From the NCBI RefSeq assembly GCF_947503045.1, contig NZ_CANNCF010000005.1, forward strand, positions 47,085-111,084: DNA of 64,000 nucleotides, written 5' to 3'. Below are positions 49,432 through 59,536 of the stretch, piece after piece. The stretch is from an uncultured Tateyamaria sp. (GTDB lineage: Bacteria > Pseudomonadota > Alphaproteobacteria > Rhodobacterales > Rhodobacteraceae). Each line of letters begins with the position of its first letter. The first letter of the stretch is position 1. The position numbers and the translations under genes are program-made. The notes under the pieces are model-generated. The model did no database searches. It worked only from the letters and a program-made list of their open reading frames with translations, and was not told the DNA's origin.

Positions 49432-50016
49432 ATGCAGTCCCTGCACAGTGCCTTGCAACGTATATCACTCTGGCTGGCATGGCTGGCCGGGGCGATCATC
49501 ATATTTGGTTGTGCGATACCTATTTGTCTGGATGTGGCAAGCCGGGCAATCACCGGGTCAACACTTGTCGAAAGTTTTGAGGTTTCGGGCTACGCTCTGG
49601 CGGCCTGTATCGGACTGGGAATGGGCTATACCGTCACCACCAAAGCGAATATCCGGGTCGATATCCTGACAGCGAAACTACCGCAGCCACTGCGCAGAAC
49701 AGTGGACCTGATCGCCTCGGTGTCACTGGCGGTGACGGCATTGGCACTCGCGTATTTCACGTTCGACGTCCTGTCGGACAGCTGGAAACTTAACGCGCGA
49801 TCCGAGTCGACACTGCAAGTCCCACTGGTCATTCCGCAAAGCATCTGGTGGATGGGCCTCGTCTGGTTTGCGACCGTTGCTGTGCTGACGCCCCTCTATG
49901 CTGTGGTGCGGATATGGGCTGGCGATGCGCCGGCTTTTGATGCCGCATTGTCAAATGCCAGCCTGACGGACGAGTTGGAACAGATTGGTATGCCGACACC
50001 GGGTGACCCGCCGTGA
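49432..50016 (+). CDS. TRAP transporter small permease (DctQ)
   Basis: 4 TM, ANIRVDIL motif. Confidence 0.88.
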   Translation: MQSLHSALQRISLWLAWLAGAIIIFGCAIPICLDVASRAITGSTLVESFEVSGYALAACIGLGMGYTVTTKANIRVDILTAKLPQPLRRTVDLIASVSLAVTALALAYFTFDVLSDSWKLNARSESTLQVPLVIPQSIWWMGLVWFATVAVLTPLYAVVRIWAGDAPAFDAALSNASLTDELEQIGMPTPGDPP

Positions 50017-51308
50017 TCAAGGCATCCCTCATCCTGTTGCTTGTCGGGCTTGCCCTAAGCCTGCCCGTTGCGGCCGTTCTGGCGATTACGGGCTACATTC
50101 TGTCCGAGAACTTTGCGTTCATTCCAATGACCGCCGCCGCTGGCACAGTCATGTGGAGCCATTCCAACGATTTCATCCTGATCGCCGCCCCGATGTTTAT
50201 CATGATGGGCGAGTTGATGCACCGGTCCGGTGTATCCGAGCGCCTGTTTTCCGCCTTGTCCCCTTGGTTTGCCAAGGTGCCCGGTCAGCTTATCCACACC
50301 AACATCGCTTCAAGCGCGGTATTTGCCGCGACCTCCGGATCTTCGCTAGCAACGGCGGCGACGATTGGCACAGTGGCTGTGCCGAATATGGACAAGGGTG
50401 GTTACAACCGCCCCCTCTTTTTGGGGTCGATTGCCGCAGGTGGCACGCTGGGCATTCTGATCCCGCCGTCGATCAACATGATCATCTATTCGGTGTTGTC
50501 GCATACATCGGTTGTCGATCTCTATGCCGCTGGCTTCATTCCGGGCTTTCTGTTGGCGCTGCTGTTTTCGGGCATTGTGCTGATATCGGTGCTGCTGGTG
50601 CCGTCACTGGTGCGCGGTGATCGGACCGAAGGATCACTGTGGGCAGCGCGCATTTCAGGCTTACCCCATCTGTTGCCGCCCTTGGGGCTGTTTCTTGTGG
50701 TTGTGGGGTCGATCTATGCAGGTCTGGCCACCCCGACCGAGGCTGCCGCTCTTGGATTGATGGCGACCTTTGGGCTCGTCGCGTTGAACGGGCAGTTGTC
50801 CTTGCCTGTTGTCCTGCGCGCCATCGAAGGAACCGTGCGCACAACTTGCATGATCATGCTGATTGTCTTGGCAGCCTTCTTTCTGAACCTCGTGATGGTG
50901 TCGATCGGGCTGGTCGAAGCGATCACCAGTTCGATCCTCAGCATTGGCTGGCCGCCGCTTGGCATGTTGCTGGCAATCATCGGATTTTACCTCGTGCTGG
51001 GGTGTTTCATGGAGACCATCTCGATGATGATCGCCACCACACCCATCGTTGTCCCGGTGATCGTGGGGCTTGGCTATGATCCTGTCTGGTGGGGGATCAT
51101 CTTTGTGATCCTGATCGAAGCCGCCCTCATCACGCCACCGGTGGGACTGAACTTGTATATCGTCCAGGGTGTGCGAACCAGCGGATCCATCGGTGATCTT
51201 TTCAAAGGGGCACTGCCGTTCCTCATAGCCATGCTGTGCATGATCGGCCTTCTGATCCTGTTTCCCGGCTTGGCCCTGTGGCTGCCCGAATTTCTAAATC
51301 CAAACTAG
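50013..51308 (+). CDS. TRAP transporter large permease (DctM)
   Basis: AAPMFIMMG, SGSSLATA, GGTLGILIPPS, TPTEAA, ITPPVGLNLY. Confidence 0.95.
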   Translation: MIKASLILLLVGLALSLPVAAVLAITGYILSENFAFIPMTAAAGTVMWSHSNDFILIAAPMFIMMGELMHRSGVSERLFSALSPWFAKVPGQLIHTNIASSAVFAATSGSSLATAATIGTVAVPNMDKGGYNRPLFLGSIAAGGTLGILIPPSINMIIYSVLSHTSVVDLYAAGFIPGFLLALLFSGIVLISVLLVPSLVRGDRTEGSLWAARISGLPHLLPPLGLFLVVVGSIYAGLATPTEAAALGLMATFGLVALNGQLSLPVVLRAIEGTVRTTCMIMLIVLAAFFLNLVMVSIGLVEAITSSILSIGWPPLGMLLAIIGFYLVLGCFMETISMMIATTPIVVPVIVGLGYDPVWWGIIFVILIEAALITPPVGLNLYIVQGVRTSGSIGDLFKGALPFLIAMLCMIGLLILFPGLALWLPEFLNPN

Positions 51309-51350
51309 GCCGGCTCTGTCGGTCATACCAATCAACAAGGAGGTCAACTA

Positions 51351-52382
51351 ATGAAACGTAAATCAACCTGTGCCGCGCTCGTGGCGGCATCCATTTTGGC
51401 GGTGCCTGCCATGGCTGACACCGAATTGAACGTGGTCGGCTCGATCAGTGTGTTGTCCATGTACAAGGACATGGAACAGCCGTTCTGGAACGAAACCATT
51501 GTCGAGGCATCGGGCGGCAGCATCAAGGCCAACCTCAAGCCATTCAATGAGCTGGGTTTCAAAGGGGGCGAGCTGTTCAATCTCGTCTCGGATGGCACCG
51601 TGCAGATGGCCCATCAGGTTCTGGCCTACACGTCCGGCTCTGTTCCAATGAATGAAGCAACCGACCTTGTCGGCGTCGTCGAAGATGTCGAAGCGGTATA
51701 CAATGCGGCAAAAGCGTTCCGGGCCTATCACACCGAACAGCTGGCCGAGACGCACAACATCAAGCTGTTGGGATATGGCACGTATCAAAGCCAGGTCATC
51801 TATTGCCGCGACGCCTTTTCGGGAATTGCGGATATGAAAGACCGCAAAGTGCGCGCTTCGGGGGCGTCCCAGCAGGTGTTCATCGAATACCTTGGTGGTT
51901 CACCAATTGGCATGGCCTTTGGGGAGGTTCCAACCGCCATGGCCAACGGCACGATCGACTGCGCCATTACCGGCGCGCTTTCGGGGTTCCTGGCCAAATG
52001 GCATGAACCTGCCAACTACATCTCGGCCTTGCCGATCAATCACGGAGTCATCGCGCATATCGCCAATATGGACTGGTGGAACAGTGTCGATCCTGTGGAT
52101 CAGGCTGTTATCGAATCCGGACTGATGGAGCTTGAGGGCAAGATGTTTGCGCTGGCGACCACGGAAACCGCGGATGGTCTGTCATGCAACACCGGTGGTG
52201 CCTGTCCCTATGGTGACGCCGCAGACATGACGCTTGTTCCGATCTCGGATGCGGATATCGCGCTGCGAAACGAGGCTGCGAATATGGCCGTCCTTCCGGC
52301 CTACAAAGAGCGGTGCGGCGACGCCTGTGCTGCGGCCTGGAATGAAACGATAGGCGCGGCTTCTGGATTCGAGATCAAGTAA
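51351..52382 (+). CDS. TRAP transporter substrate-binding protein (DctP)
   Basis: Signal peptide; MKDRKVRAS, GEVPTAMANGTIDC. Confidence 0.9.
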   Translation: MKRKSTCAALVAASILAVPAMADTELNVVGSISVLSMYKDMEQPFWNETIVEASGGSIKANLKPFNELGFKGGELFNLVSDGTVQMAHQVLAYTSGSVPMNEATDLVGVVEDVEAVYNAAKAFRAYHTEQLAETHNIKLLGYGTYQSQVIYCRDAFSGIADMKDRKVRASGASQQVFIEYLGGSPIGMAFGEVPTAMANGTIDCAITGALSGFLAKWHEPANYISALPINHGVIAHIANMDWWNSVDPVDQAVIESGLMELEGKMFALATTETADGLSCNTGGACPYGDAADMTLVPISDADIALRNEAANMAVLPAYKERCGDACAAAWNETIGAASGFEIK

Positions 52383-52384
52383 TC

Positions 52385-53197
52385 TCAGTCTTGCAGGACG
52401 GGCGGGTTCGCTCGCTCGTCCACATCCGTGATCAGCATTGCGCCGGGCCTGTGCGACAAGAAGACCGGCAGCTGAGCCCTGATCGCAGCATTTTGCGGCG
52501 TCACGCCGCACGCCCAAAACACGCAGACCTCACCGTCGCGGATGTCAACGGCGTCGCCCCATTCGGGCGCGTTGATGTCAGTGATCCCGATTTCGCTTGG
52601 GTCCCCCACATGAACCGGTGCGCCATGGGCCAAGGGGAACTCGGCACATATGGATCGAACACGCTCGATGTCTTGGGGAAGGAGCGGGCGCATGGAGACA
52701 ACCATTCCTCCACCGAATGGTCCTGCCGGTACAAGATCAAGGGATGTTCGATACATCGGGACGGTGCGGTTCTGATCGATGTGGCGCATGGCGATACCGG
52801 CCTTTGCGAGCGCATGCTCGAACGTAAACGAGCATCCCAGCGCGAACGTAACGAAATCATCCTGCCATATGTCCGAAATGTCCGTTGGTTGCTGTTGCAA
52901 GACACCGTTGTGATAGACGCAATAGCCCGGTGCATCGGTATCCACCCGCAAGTCGTGCCCCAAAGTGTGCAGAACCCGCTCACCGGTGTCACTGACACCA
53001 ACCAGTGGGCAAGGTTTCGGATTTCGCTGGCAAAACCGCGCGAAATCGAGGGCGAATTCTTCGGCCATGATTGCCAGATTGACCTGCAACCGATCCGGCG
53101 CGAGCCCGGCCGTATGGCCGCTATAACTTCCGTTGCGAATGGCCGTGCGGATGTCGCTCGGATCAGCCGTTCGCAGCGCCTCATGGTCTAACATCAT
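52385..53197 (-). CDS. Putative hydro-lyase, DUF1445/YcsI (D-glutamate cyclase-like)
   Basis: HTAGLAP..LQVNL, FCQRNPKPCPL, FALGCSFTFE, VPMYRT, FWACGVTPQ, HRPGAMLITD. Confidence 0.88.
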   Translation of the reverse strand: MMLDHEALRTADPSDIRTAIRNGSYSGHTAGLAPDRLQVNLAIMAEEFALDFARFCQRNPKPCPLVGVSDTGERVLHTLGHDLRVDTDAPGYCVYHNGVLQQQPTDISDIWQDDFVTFALGCSFTFEHALAKAGIAMRHIDQNRTVPMYRTSLDLVPAGPFGGGMVVSMRPLLPQDIERVRSICAEFPLAHGAPVHVGDPSEIGITDINAPEWGDAVDIRDGEVCVFWACGVTPQNAAIRAQLPVFLSHRPGAMLITDVDERANPPVLQD

Positions 53198-53534
53198 CAG
53201 TTTCGTCCAATTCGCTTTGCCCGGACTGCAGGAAGGCACGGGACCCGTCAATGTAGTACGCTTGAACCACGTCCTTAGCTACCCATTCCAGATAGAACAC
53301 GTTTTTGGACCCGTCGCGAAACGCCCTGTATTTCGTCCAATAGGTCTCTCCGGCGATCCCCCAATGTCCGTCGTCTCCGCCTCCAGCCTCGAACAGAGCG
53401 CTGCATTCACCATTCGGATGATACATCACAGTCGCGACCCGTTTCAGGGTGGAGGGATCAAAGGCGTAGGTCGTCCGGTTCGACAGGAATGCCTCGATGT
53501 CCTTTGATCGCAGGCGAGGTTCATTGGCGGGCAT
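53181..53534 (-). CDS. Small hypothetical protein (DUF995-like beta protein)
   Basis: 117 aa, GDDGHWGI...YWTKY; overlaps the DUF1445 start. Confidence 0.55.
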   Translation of the reverse strand: MPANEPRLRSKDIEAFLSNRTTYAFDPSTLKRVATVMYHPNGECSALFEAGGGDDGHWGIAGETYWTKYRAFRDGSKNVFYLEWVAKDVVQAYYIDGSRAFLQSGQSELDETDDVRP

Positions 53535-53690
53535 CTTGAAACCTCTTCGTCAGTCATACTTTGATACTTCAACGGCCTTCGGCAGGATGCAAGCAAACCT
53601 ATTGAACGCTGTGTTTTGCGGACACGTTGATGCCACTGCTTGAAGCAAACAGTGGTCGGCGGTTAGGACCCGTGACTTGTGGTAAATTCG

Positions 53691-55286
53691 CTAAAACCCA
53701 ATCGCGGCTCCGTCCTTTCTGGGGTCAGAGCCCGCGATGTAGCCCTGTCCCGGTAGCTTTTGAATGATCTGGGCACCGCCAAAGCCGAACGCATTGTCGG
53801 GCTGTTCGAGGGAAATCTGGTGCCCTTTTGATTGCAAAAACGACCGTGTCGCTTCGGGCATGGCCGTCTCGCAAGCCACGCCAAGCCCGTCGGTCACCCG
53901 CCAACGCGGTGCATCGATGGCTGTTTGCGGGTCCTGACCAAAGACTTGAGTGCGCAGAACCATCTGGATATGTCCCTGAGCCTGCATCGGCCCGCCCATC
54001 ACTCCAAAGCTCATCAAGGGCGCCTCGGGTCCCATCAAAAAGCCCGGGATAATGGTGTGGAATGGACGCTTGTCCGGTCCGACAAAATTCTGGTGCGCCG
54101 GGTCGAGCGAAAATCCTGCGCCACGGTTTTGCAATGCGATCCCCGTCCCCGGAACCACGACACCCGAACCGAAACCGGCGTAATTCGACTGAATGAAGGA
54201 CACCATCATCCCGTCGGTATCCGCGGCTGTCAGATAGACCGTCCCGCCGTGTTTCGGAGCGCCCGCTGCAAAGTCAGTTGCCGCATTCTCATCAATCTCT
54301 TTCGCGCGTTCGCACAGGTACCAGTCATCCAGCAGATCAGCCATGGTGACGGATTTCATGTGGTCCGGATCAGAGACAAATTGCTCCGTATCGCGCAACG
54401 CGAGTTTCATGGCCTCGATCTGAAGATGCGCCGCCTGCGGGTCGTCAACGGCCATGTTTCGGATATCTGTCTGGGACAGGATCCCCAATGCCATCAGCAC
54501 AGCGATACCCTGACCGTTTGGCGGGATTTCGTGGAGCGTTTTGTCATCAAAGCTGCGGGAGATCGTTCCACACCAGTCAACGCGATGATTGCCCAGGTCA
54601 TCGACCGTCAATGCGGCGCCATGCCCCTTGGCATAGGCTTCGATCTCTTCCGCGATTTCGCCTTCGTAAAAAGAACGACCATGTGTTTCGGCGATGGCTT
54701 TCAAGGTTCTTGCATGTCCGGGGCTGCGAAAATAAGTGCCCGCGGACGGCGAACGCCCGTCCACCAGGAATGTCTCGGCAAAGCCAGGTTGGTCACGCAA
54801 CTCGGTCGCGGCACGTTGCCAGAGACGTGCGATAATCGGCGATACCGGAAACCCGGATTCTGCATAGCGGATCGCGGGTTCAAAAAGTGTGCTGAAAGGC
54901 AATTTTCCAAATTTGTCTGCGCAGGCGACCCACGTTGAAACCGCACCCGGGACAGTGACAGACTCCCAACCCCGATACGGCATCTCGGTGAGGCCGCTGA
55001 ACCGTTCTGGCCGCCATCCCGACGGCGACCGCCCGGAGCCATTGAGGCCGTGTAACCTCGATCCATCCCAGATGATTGCGAATGCATCCGATCCGATCCC
55101 GTTGCCGGTTGGTTCAACGACAGTCAACGCGATCGCAGTGGCAATTGCGGCGTCCACGGCGTTCCCACCCCGCGCCAGCATCGATATCCCAGCCTGCGCG
55201 GCAAGGGGCTGTGACGTCGCCACGATGTTATCGGCGATCACGGCAGAGCGGCGAGATGAATAGAGCGGGGTAGGGGGGATATGCAT
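53691..55286 (-). CDS. ggt: Gamma-glutamyltransferase family protein
   Basis: GGNAVDAAIA, EPTGNGIGSD, EIPPNGQG, autocleavage GTVYL, LQNRG, RPFHTIIPG, FGVMGG..Q.QG, SDPRKDG. Confidence 0.92.
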   Translation of the reverse strand: MHIPPTPLYSSRRSAVIADNIVATSQPLAAQAGISMLARGGNAVDAAIATAIALTVVEPTGNGIGSDAFAIIWDGSRLHGLNGSGRSPSGWRPERFSGLTEMPYRGWESVTVPGAVSTWVACADKFGKLPFSTLFEPAIRYAESGFPVSPIIARLWQRAATELRDQPGFAETFLVDGRSPSAGTYFRSPGHARTLKAIAETHGRSFYEGEIAEEIEAYAKGHGAALTVDDLGNHRVDWCGTISRSFDDKTLHEIPPNGQGIAVLMALGILSQTDIRNMAVDDPQAAHLQIEAMKLALRDTEQFVSDPDHMKSVTMADLLDDWYLCERAKEIDENAATDFAAGAPKHGGTVYLTAADTDGMMVSFIQSNYAGFGSGVVVPGTGIALQNRGAGFSLDPAHQNFVGPDKRPFHTIIPGFLMGPEAPLMSFGVMGGPMQAQGHIQMVLRTQVFGQDPQTAIDAPRWRVTDGLGVACETAMPEATRSFLQSKGHQISLEQPDNAFGFGGAQIIQKLPGQGYIAGSDPRKDGAAIGF

Positions 55287-55475
55287 GCTGGCTCCGGCAA
55301 AGACTTCGCGAACCCGCCAACTCTAGGTTCAATGGAGGCATGTGACAATTTCATGCGGTGGCCAAAGCCGGCTGGAGCGACAGAAAGAGTGACAAAACCG
55401 ATAATTGGAGCTGCCGCAGATGAATGTCTGCAGAGAGGGCTGCGCCATTTTCAGCTGCAAAAACTAACACATGTA

Positions 55476-55483
55476 TAGATAGA
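55476..55483 (+). promoter_or_regulatory. TAGATAGA half-site upstream of the SDR-TetR operon
   Basis: ctaacacatgtaTAGATAGAc; imperfect version of the TCTA-N8-TAGA box. Confidence 0.4.
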
Positions 55484-55598
55484 CAAAGTCATTGATACAA
55501 ACCCGCGCTCGCATTATGTGAAGGCGGAAATGGCGTTATCGGTATGCCGCAGATGTAAAAGCGTAGCCAGCAATCGGGTTGGCAGAAAGGTGATCAGG

Positions 55599-56312
55599 AT
55601 GACGCAATCAGCAGGTTCCGCGATCATTGCAGGCTTTGGACCGGGGTTGGGTGAAGAGACGGCGCTCAGACTGGTTGATGAGGGCTTGCGCGTCGGGATG
55701 ATCGCGCGGTCTGTCGGCCCGCTTGAGAACGTGGCTGCAAAGCACGGGGCGGGATTGGTCCCGGTTCCGGCCGATGTGACCGATGCCGCAGCGGTTGAGT
55801 CCGCAGCGGTTGAGTCCGCAGTGGATCATGTGGAACGCACTCTTGGCCCAATCAAATGCGCTGTTTTCAATGCCGGGGCCTTTTTGAAAGGGTCGATCCT
55901 TGATTTCGCACCGAGTGAATTCGAACGCGCTTGGCGGGTTGGAACCTACGGCGGATTTGTATTCGGGCAGGCCATCGCAAAACGGATGGTAGCACGAGAG
56001 GAAGGCACGATCATCTTTTCGGGCGCGACGGCCTCCTTGCGTGGCAATGCCACCTCGTTCGGGTTTTCCGGGTCCAAATTCGGACTGCGATCCGTGGCGC
56101 AATGCATGGCGCGAGAGCTGGGGCCACGGGGCATTCACGTCGCCCATGTCGTCATTGACGGTGTCATCAAGGGCCACAAACACGCTGATCCCGGGGGAGA
56201 TGCACATATGGACCCCAAAAACCTTGCCGAAATCTACGTGAACCTCCACAAACAGCCACGCTCGACCTGGACGCACGAGCTTGATGTGCGTCCGTGGTGT
56301 GAAAAGTTCTGA
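55599..56312 (+). CDS. Short-chain dehydrogenase (SDR, atypical; no YxxxK tyrosine)
   Basis: IAGFGPGLG, FNAG, FSGATAS, SKFGLRSVAQ, VAHVVIDG, WTHELDVRP. Confidence 0.9.
   Translation: MTQSAGSAIIAGFGPGLGEETALRLVDEGLRVGMIARSVGPLENVAAKHGAGLVPVPADVTDAAAVESAAVESAVDHVERTLGPIKCAVFNAGAFLKGSILDFAPSEFERAWRVGTYGGFVFGQAIAKRMVAREEGTIIFSGATASLRGNATSFGFSGSKFGLRSVAQCMARELGPRGIHVAHVVIDGVIKGHKHADPGGDAHMDPKNLAEIYVNLHKQPRSTWTHELDVRPWCEKF
55786..55821 (+). repeat. In-frame 15-bp tandem duplication
   Basis: ccgcagcggttgagt x2 + ccgcag (AAVES-AAVES-A). Confidence 0.9.
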
Positions 56313-56326
56313 AGAAAGACGATCAA

Positions 56327-56860
56327 ATGACAGACACAAAAACCCGCATTCTCGACCTCGCCGAGAATCTGACGCAGTCAAAGGGCTTTAACGGGTTCAG
56401 CTATCTGGACCTTGCGGCGGAGGTTGGCATCAAGACGTCGAGCATCCACTACCATTACAAATCCAAGGCTGATCTGGCCCTGGCTTTGGTCGAGCGTCAC
56501 CGCGAGGCCCTCGAGGCTGCATTCAAGCGTCTTGACGACGACGTGGCGAACCCGGCGGACCGTCTTGAATCGATTGTGACGCATTTTAAAGGGTATATCG
56601 GCGAAGAGAAGATCTGCATGTGCGGCATGATGGCAGCGGAATTCGAAAGCATCAGCCCGGCTGTGCGCAAGGCCCTGGCGCTGTATTTTCGCGACTTTCA
56701 GAACTGGCTGGCCAAGCAGTTTTCGGCCCTTGGGCATCCAAACCCACCGGCAGTTGCGCTGCAATATGTGAGTGCGCTGGAAGGATCGCTACTGTTGGCG
56801 CGGTTGGAAGGGGACGCCTCTGTCGTGGATCGCTCACTTGACGGATTCGTGAACACATAG
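56327..56860 (+). CDS. TetR/AcrR family regulator (NemR/YxaF-like)
   Basis: RILDLAE...GFNGFSYLDLAAEVGIKTSSIHYHYKSK; ICMCG. Confidence 0.92.
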   Translation: MTDTKTRILDLAENLTQSKGFNGFSYLDLAAEVGIKTSSIHYHYKSKADLALALVERHREALEAAFKRLDDDVANPADRLESIVTHFKGYIGEEKICMCGMMAAEFESISPAVRKALALYFRDFQNWLAKQFSALGHPNPPAVALQYVSALEGSLLLARLEGDASVVDRSLDGFVNT

Positions 56861-56879
56861 GCTAAGTCACCACTTGATA

Positions 56880-56899
56880 TCTACTGGTATATAGATAGA
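56880..56899. promoter_or_regulatory. TCTA-N8-TAGA(TAGA) candidate TetR operator
   Basis: TCTActggtataTAGATAGA, about 35 bp upstream of the NTF2 gene. Confidence 0.6.
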
Positions 56900-56933
56900 T
56901 TGTCGGCAGAGAGACTTCCATTTGGAGAGACCA

Positions 56934-57353
56934 ATGCCCGACGGAACACAGACAGACCTGACAAAACTGACCGCAGCAGACGAAGCGCACAGCTTTGGCG
57001 AATATGCTGCAATCAAAGCCGCACTGGATATTTATCTGAAAGCGGCCAAACTGGGTGACGGCGCGTTGTCGCGCAGCGCCTTTTACGATCATGCTTATGT
57101 TGTCGGCTCGATCGCCGGCGAAACCTTCGAAATGGACGCCGATACATTTGGCGGTGCCGTGACCGAAGGTGGCGCGTCCGACAACATTCAGCACCATATC
57201 GCCTGGATCAACATCTCTGGTCCGGCGGCTGCTGCGCGCGTCGAAATCCTGGATTGGAGCGGTATGCGCTACACAGACTTCTTTGTGCTCTACAAGAAAG
57301 ACGGCACATGGAAGATCAGCAGCAAGGTTTTTGACTCGCACGCCAAAAACTGA
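56934..57353 (+). CDS. NTF2-like (Lumazine_bd_2-type) protein, cytoplasmic
   Basis: RSAFYDHA...GPAAAARVE...YTDFFVLYKKDGTWKISSKVF. Confidence 0.82.
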   Translation: MPDGTQTDLTKLTAADEAHSFGEYAAIKAALDIYLKAAKLGDGALSRSAFYDHAYVVGSIAGETFEMDADTFGGAVTEGGASDNIQHHIAWINISGPAAAARVEILDWSGMRYTDFFVLYKKDGTWKISSKVFDSHAKN

Positions 57354-57480
57354 ACGACGGCCTGCCGGGTCTTGTCCGGCAGGTTTCCTCCTCCCTCAAC
57401 TCAATAGCCTTTCGTTTTTGATGTCTGCACCGTCGGTGCAGGCCACTCGAAACGTGCGGCCCAACATAAGGAAATCAAAA

Positions 57481-58056
57481 ATGAGCCATCTGCCCGTACA
57501 AACCAAAGACACCGCCCCCGAAGCCAGCAAACCATTTCTGGAACAGGCCGAAAAAGCCTATGGGTTCATCCCGAACCTGACAGCCGTGTTCGCCGCATCG
57601 CCTGCGATGATCGAAGCCTATGGCGTCCTGTCCAGCCACTTTGAAAAGACCGATCTGACCCCGACCGAACGCCAGATCGTCATGATGACCAACAGCCGTC
57701 TGAACGGGTGTACCTACTGCATGTCCGCACACTCGACCATTTCGCAGATGCAAAAGGTTGACGCCGATGTCGTTGCCGCCCTGCGCAATGGCACAGAGAT
57801 CGCTGACCCCAAACTGCAAGCGCTGCATGTGTTCACGGCACAGCTGAACGAAGCACGCGGCTATGTCACACAAGCCCAGGTCGATGCGTTCCTCGCCGCC
57901 GGTTACACCGAGGCGAACATTCTGGATGTGATCCTTGGCACAGGTCTGAAGACGCTGTCCAACTACACCAACCACATTTCGGAAACACCCATCGACGCGC
58001 CGTTCCAGCCGACCGCGTGGGACGTGCCAAAAGAGAAAGTTGCCGTCAACGCCTAA
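57481..58056 (+). CDS. Carboxymuconolactone decarboxylase/AhpD-like protein
   Basis: YGFIPNL, NGCTYCMSAH (CxxC), KTLSNYTNH. Confidence 0.88.
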   Translation: MSHLPVQTKDTAPEASKPFLEQAEKAYGFIPNLTAVFAASPAMIEAYGVLSSHFEKTDLTPTERQIVMMTNSRLNGCTYCMSAHSTISQMQKVDADVVAALRNGTEIADPKLQALHVFTAQLNEARGYVTQAQVDAFLAAGYTEANILDVILGTGLKTLSNYTNHISETPIDAPFQPTAWDVPKEKVAVNA

Positions 58057-58079
58057 GCGGTGATGCCAGCAACCGGTGA

Positions 58080-58162
58080 GGAAACCGCAGAGTGGACACC
58101 ACATGCGGTTTCCAAACCAAAAGAAAGGTGACCAGAACGCCTCCGCCTGGTCACCTTTTTTC
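58080..58162. terminator. Two hairpins, including a probable bidirectional intrinsic terminator
   Basis: ggaaaccgca...tgcggtttcc, then aaaggtgaccag...ctggtcaccttt followed by a T-run, between convergent genes. Confidence 0.75.
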
Positions 58163-58191
58163 TTGTCAAATCCTGATCGGGCCGTTGCGCG

Positions 58192-58953
58192 TTACAGGTG
58201 TTGGCCGCCATTGATCGGGATTTCAGCCCCGTTCACGTAAGACGATTTTGAACTGCACAGGAAGCTGACCACTTCGGCCACTTCCTGAGGGCTGCCGAGC
58301 CGTTTCATCGGCACATCCCGTTCGACCATTTCCTCGGTGCCGGGGGACAGGATCGATGTGGCGATCTCGCCCGGCGAAACAGCGTTCACCCGCACGTTCC
58401 GACCGGCAAGCTCGAAAGCGAGTTCGCGGGTCAACGCCGACAGCCCGGCCTTTGACACCGCATAGGCCGCACCGGCAAAGGGGTGGACCTGCGTTCCCGC
58501 GATCGAGCTGACATTCACGATTGACCCCTTGGCCTGTTCCAGCGGTTCAAGCAGTTCCTGACACAGCATCAGCGGTGCGATCAGGTTGATCATCTGCACC
58601 TGCTGAAACGTCTCCAGGCTGGTTTCTGTCGCTGTCAAGCGCCCGCCATCCTTGGTCTTAGGCGAGATGCCCGCATTGTTGACCAGTGCATTCAGGCCGC
58701 GCCCGCCCAGTTGCTGGCGCAGGGCCTGGGCGGCTGCGCAGATCGAGTCCTTGTCACCCAGATCCACCTCGATATGTTTCACGATGCCTTCTGCCCAAGG
58801 GCAGACTTGGGAAAACGGCGTGCGGGCGAGCGTAAAGACCTCCCACCCCGAAGTGTGGAATTCCTTGACGATCTCGTGGCCAATGCCACGGCTGGCCCCG
58901 GTGACGGCGACGCAGGGTTTTTGGTACGGGCTGTTGTCGGCGGCTTTGGTCAT
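58192..58953 (-). CDS. Classical SDR oxidoreductase
   Basis: VTGASRGIG, LVNNAG, NVSS, YAVSK, VNAVSPG. Confidence 0.93.
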   Translation of the reverse strand: MTKAADNSPYQKPCVAVTGASRGIGHEIVKEFHTSGWEVFTLARTPFSQVCPWAEGIVKHIEVDLGDKDSICAAAQALRQQLGGRGLNALVNNAGISPKTKDGGRLTATETSLETFQQVQMINLIAPLMLCQELLEPLEQAKGSIVNVSSIAGTQVHPFAGAAYAVSKAGLSALTRELAFELAGRNVRVNAVSPGEIATSILSPGTEEMVERDVPMKRLGSPQEVAEVVSFLCSSKSSYVNGAEIPINGGQHL

Positions 58954-59125
58954 GGGGGTCCCTGTATGGGTTGCATCAGGTGTAAATATTGTTGAACAGG
59001 TGGATCCGGCATCGCGGTGGTTGCATTGGCTGGCAAGAGGTCGGTTTCGTTCATTCGAAACATCGGGCCGGGTGCACTGCCCTGGCGCCTTTTATATGCA
59101 GGATTGCCTCCTAGCACGTCAGCGA

Positions 59126-59536
59126 TCAGGCCGTAACCTTTTTCGCGGCCACGGCTTCGATTTCGATCATCAGGCCGGGCAGTGCCAGCTTGCTGATTTC
59201 GAAGATCGAAGAGATCGGCGGCGGGCTGGGCAGGAACGCCTTGCGTGCATCAGACACTTCTTGCCGGCGATCCATGTCCGTGACGTAGACGCTCATCTTG
59301 AAGACATCTTCGAAAGATGCGCCATTCGCTTCGAGAACGCTTTGAATGTTTTTCAGGGTCTGCTGGGTCTGCGCGAACATGTCATTTTCGCCGACCAGAT
59401 TGCCATCGATGTCGGTGGACCATTCTCCGGCGACAAAGATCAACTCGACATCACCGATCGTGACGGCAGCGGTGTGCGAATAAGGGCCCGCGGGCGGGGC
59501 AATCGTATCTGGGGTCTTCAGGTTGATAAGGCTCAC
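59126..59536 (-). CDS. RidA/YjgF family protein
   Basis: GPYSH, IFVAGE, QTQQTLKNI, MIEIEAVA. Confidence 0.9.
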   Translation of the reverse strand: MSLINLKTPDTIAPPAGPYSHTAAVTIGDVELIFVAGEWSTDIDGNLVGENDMFAQTQQTLKNIQSVLEANGASFEDVFKMSVYVTDMDRRQEVSDARKAFLPSPPPISSIFEISKLALPGLMIEIEAVAAKKVTA

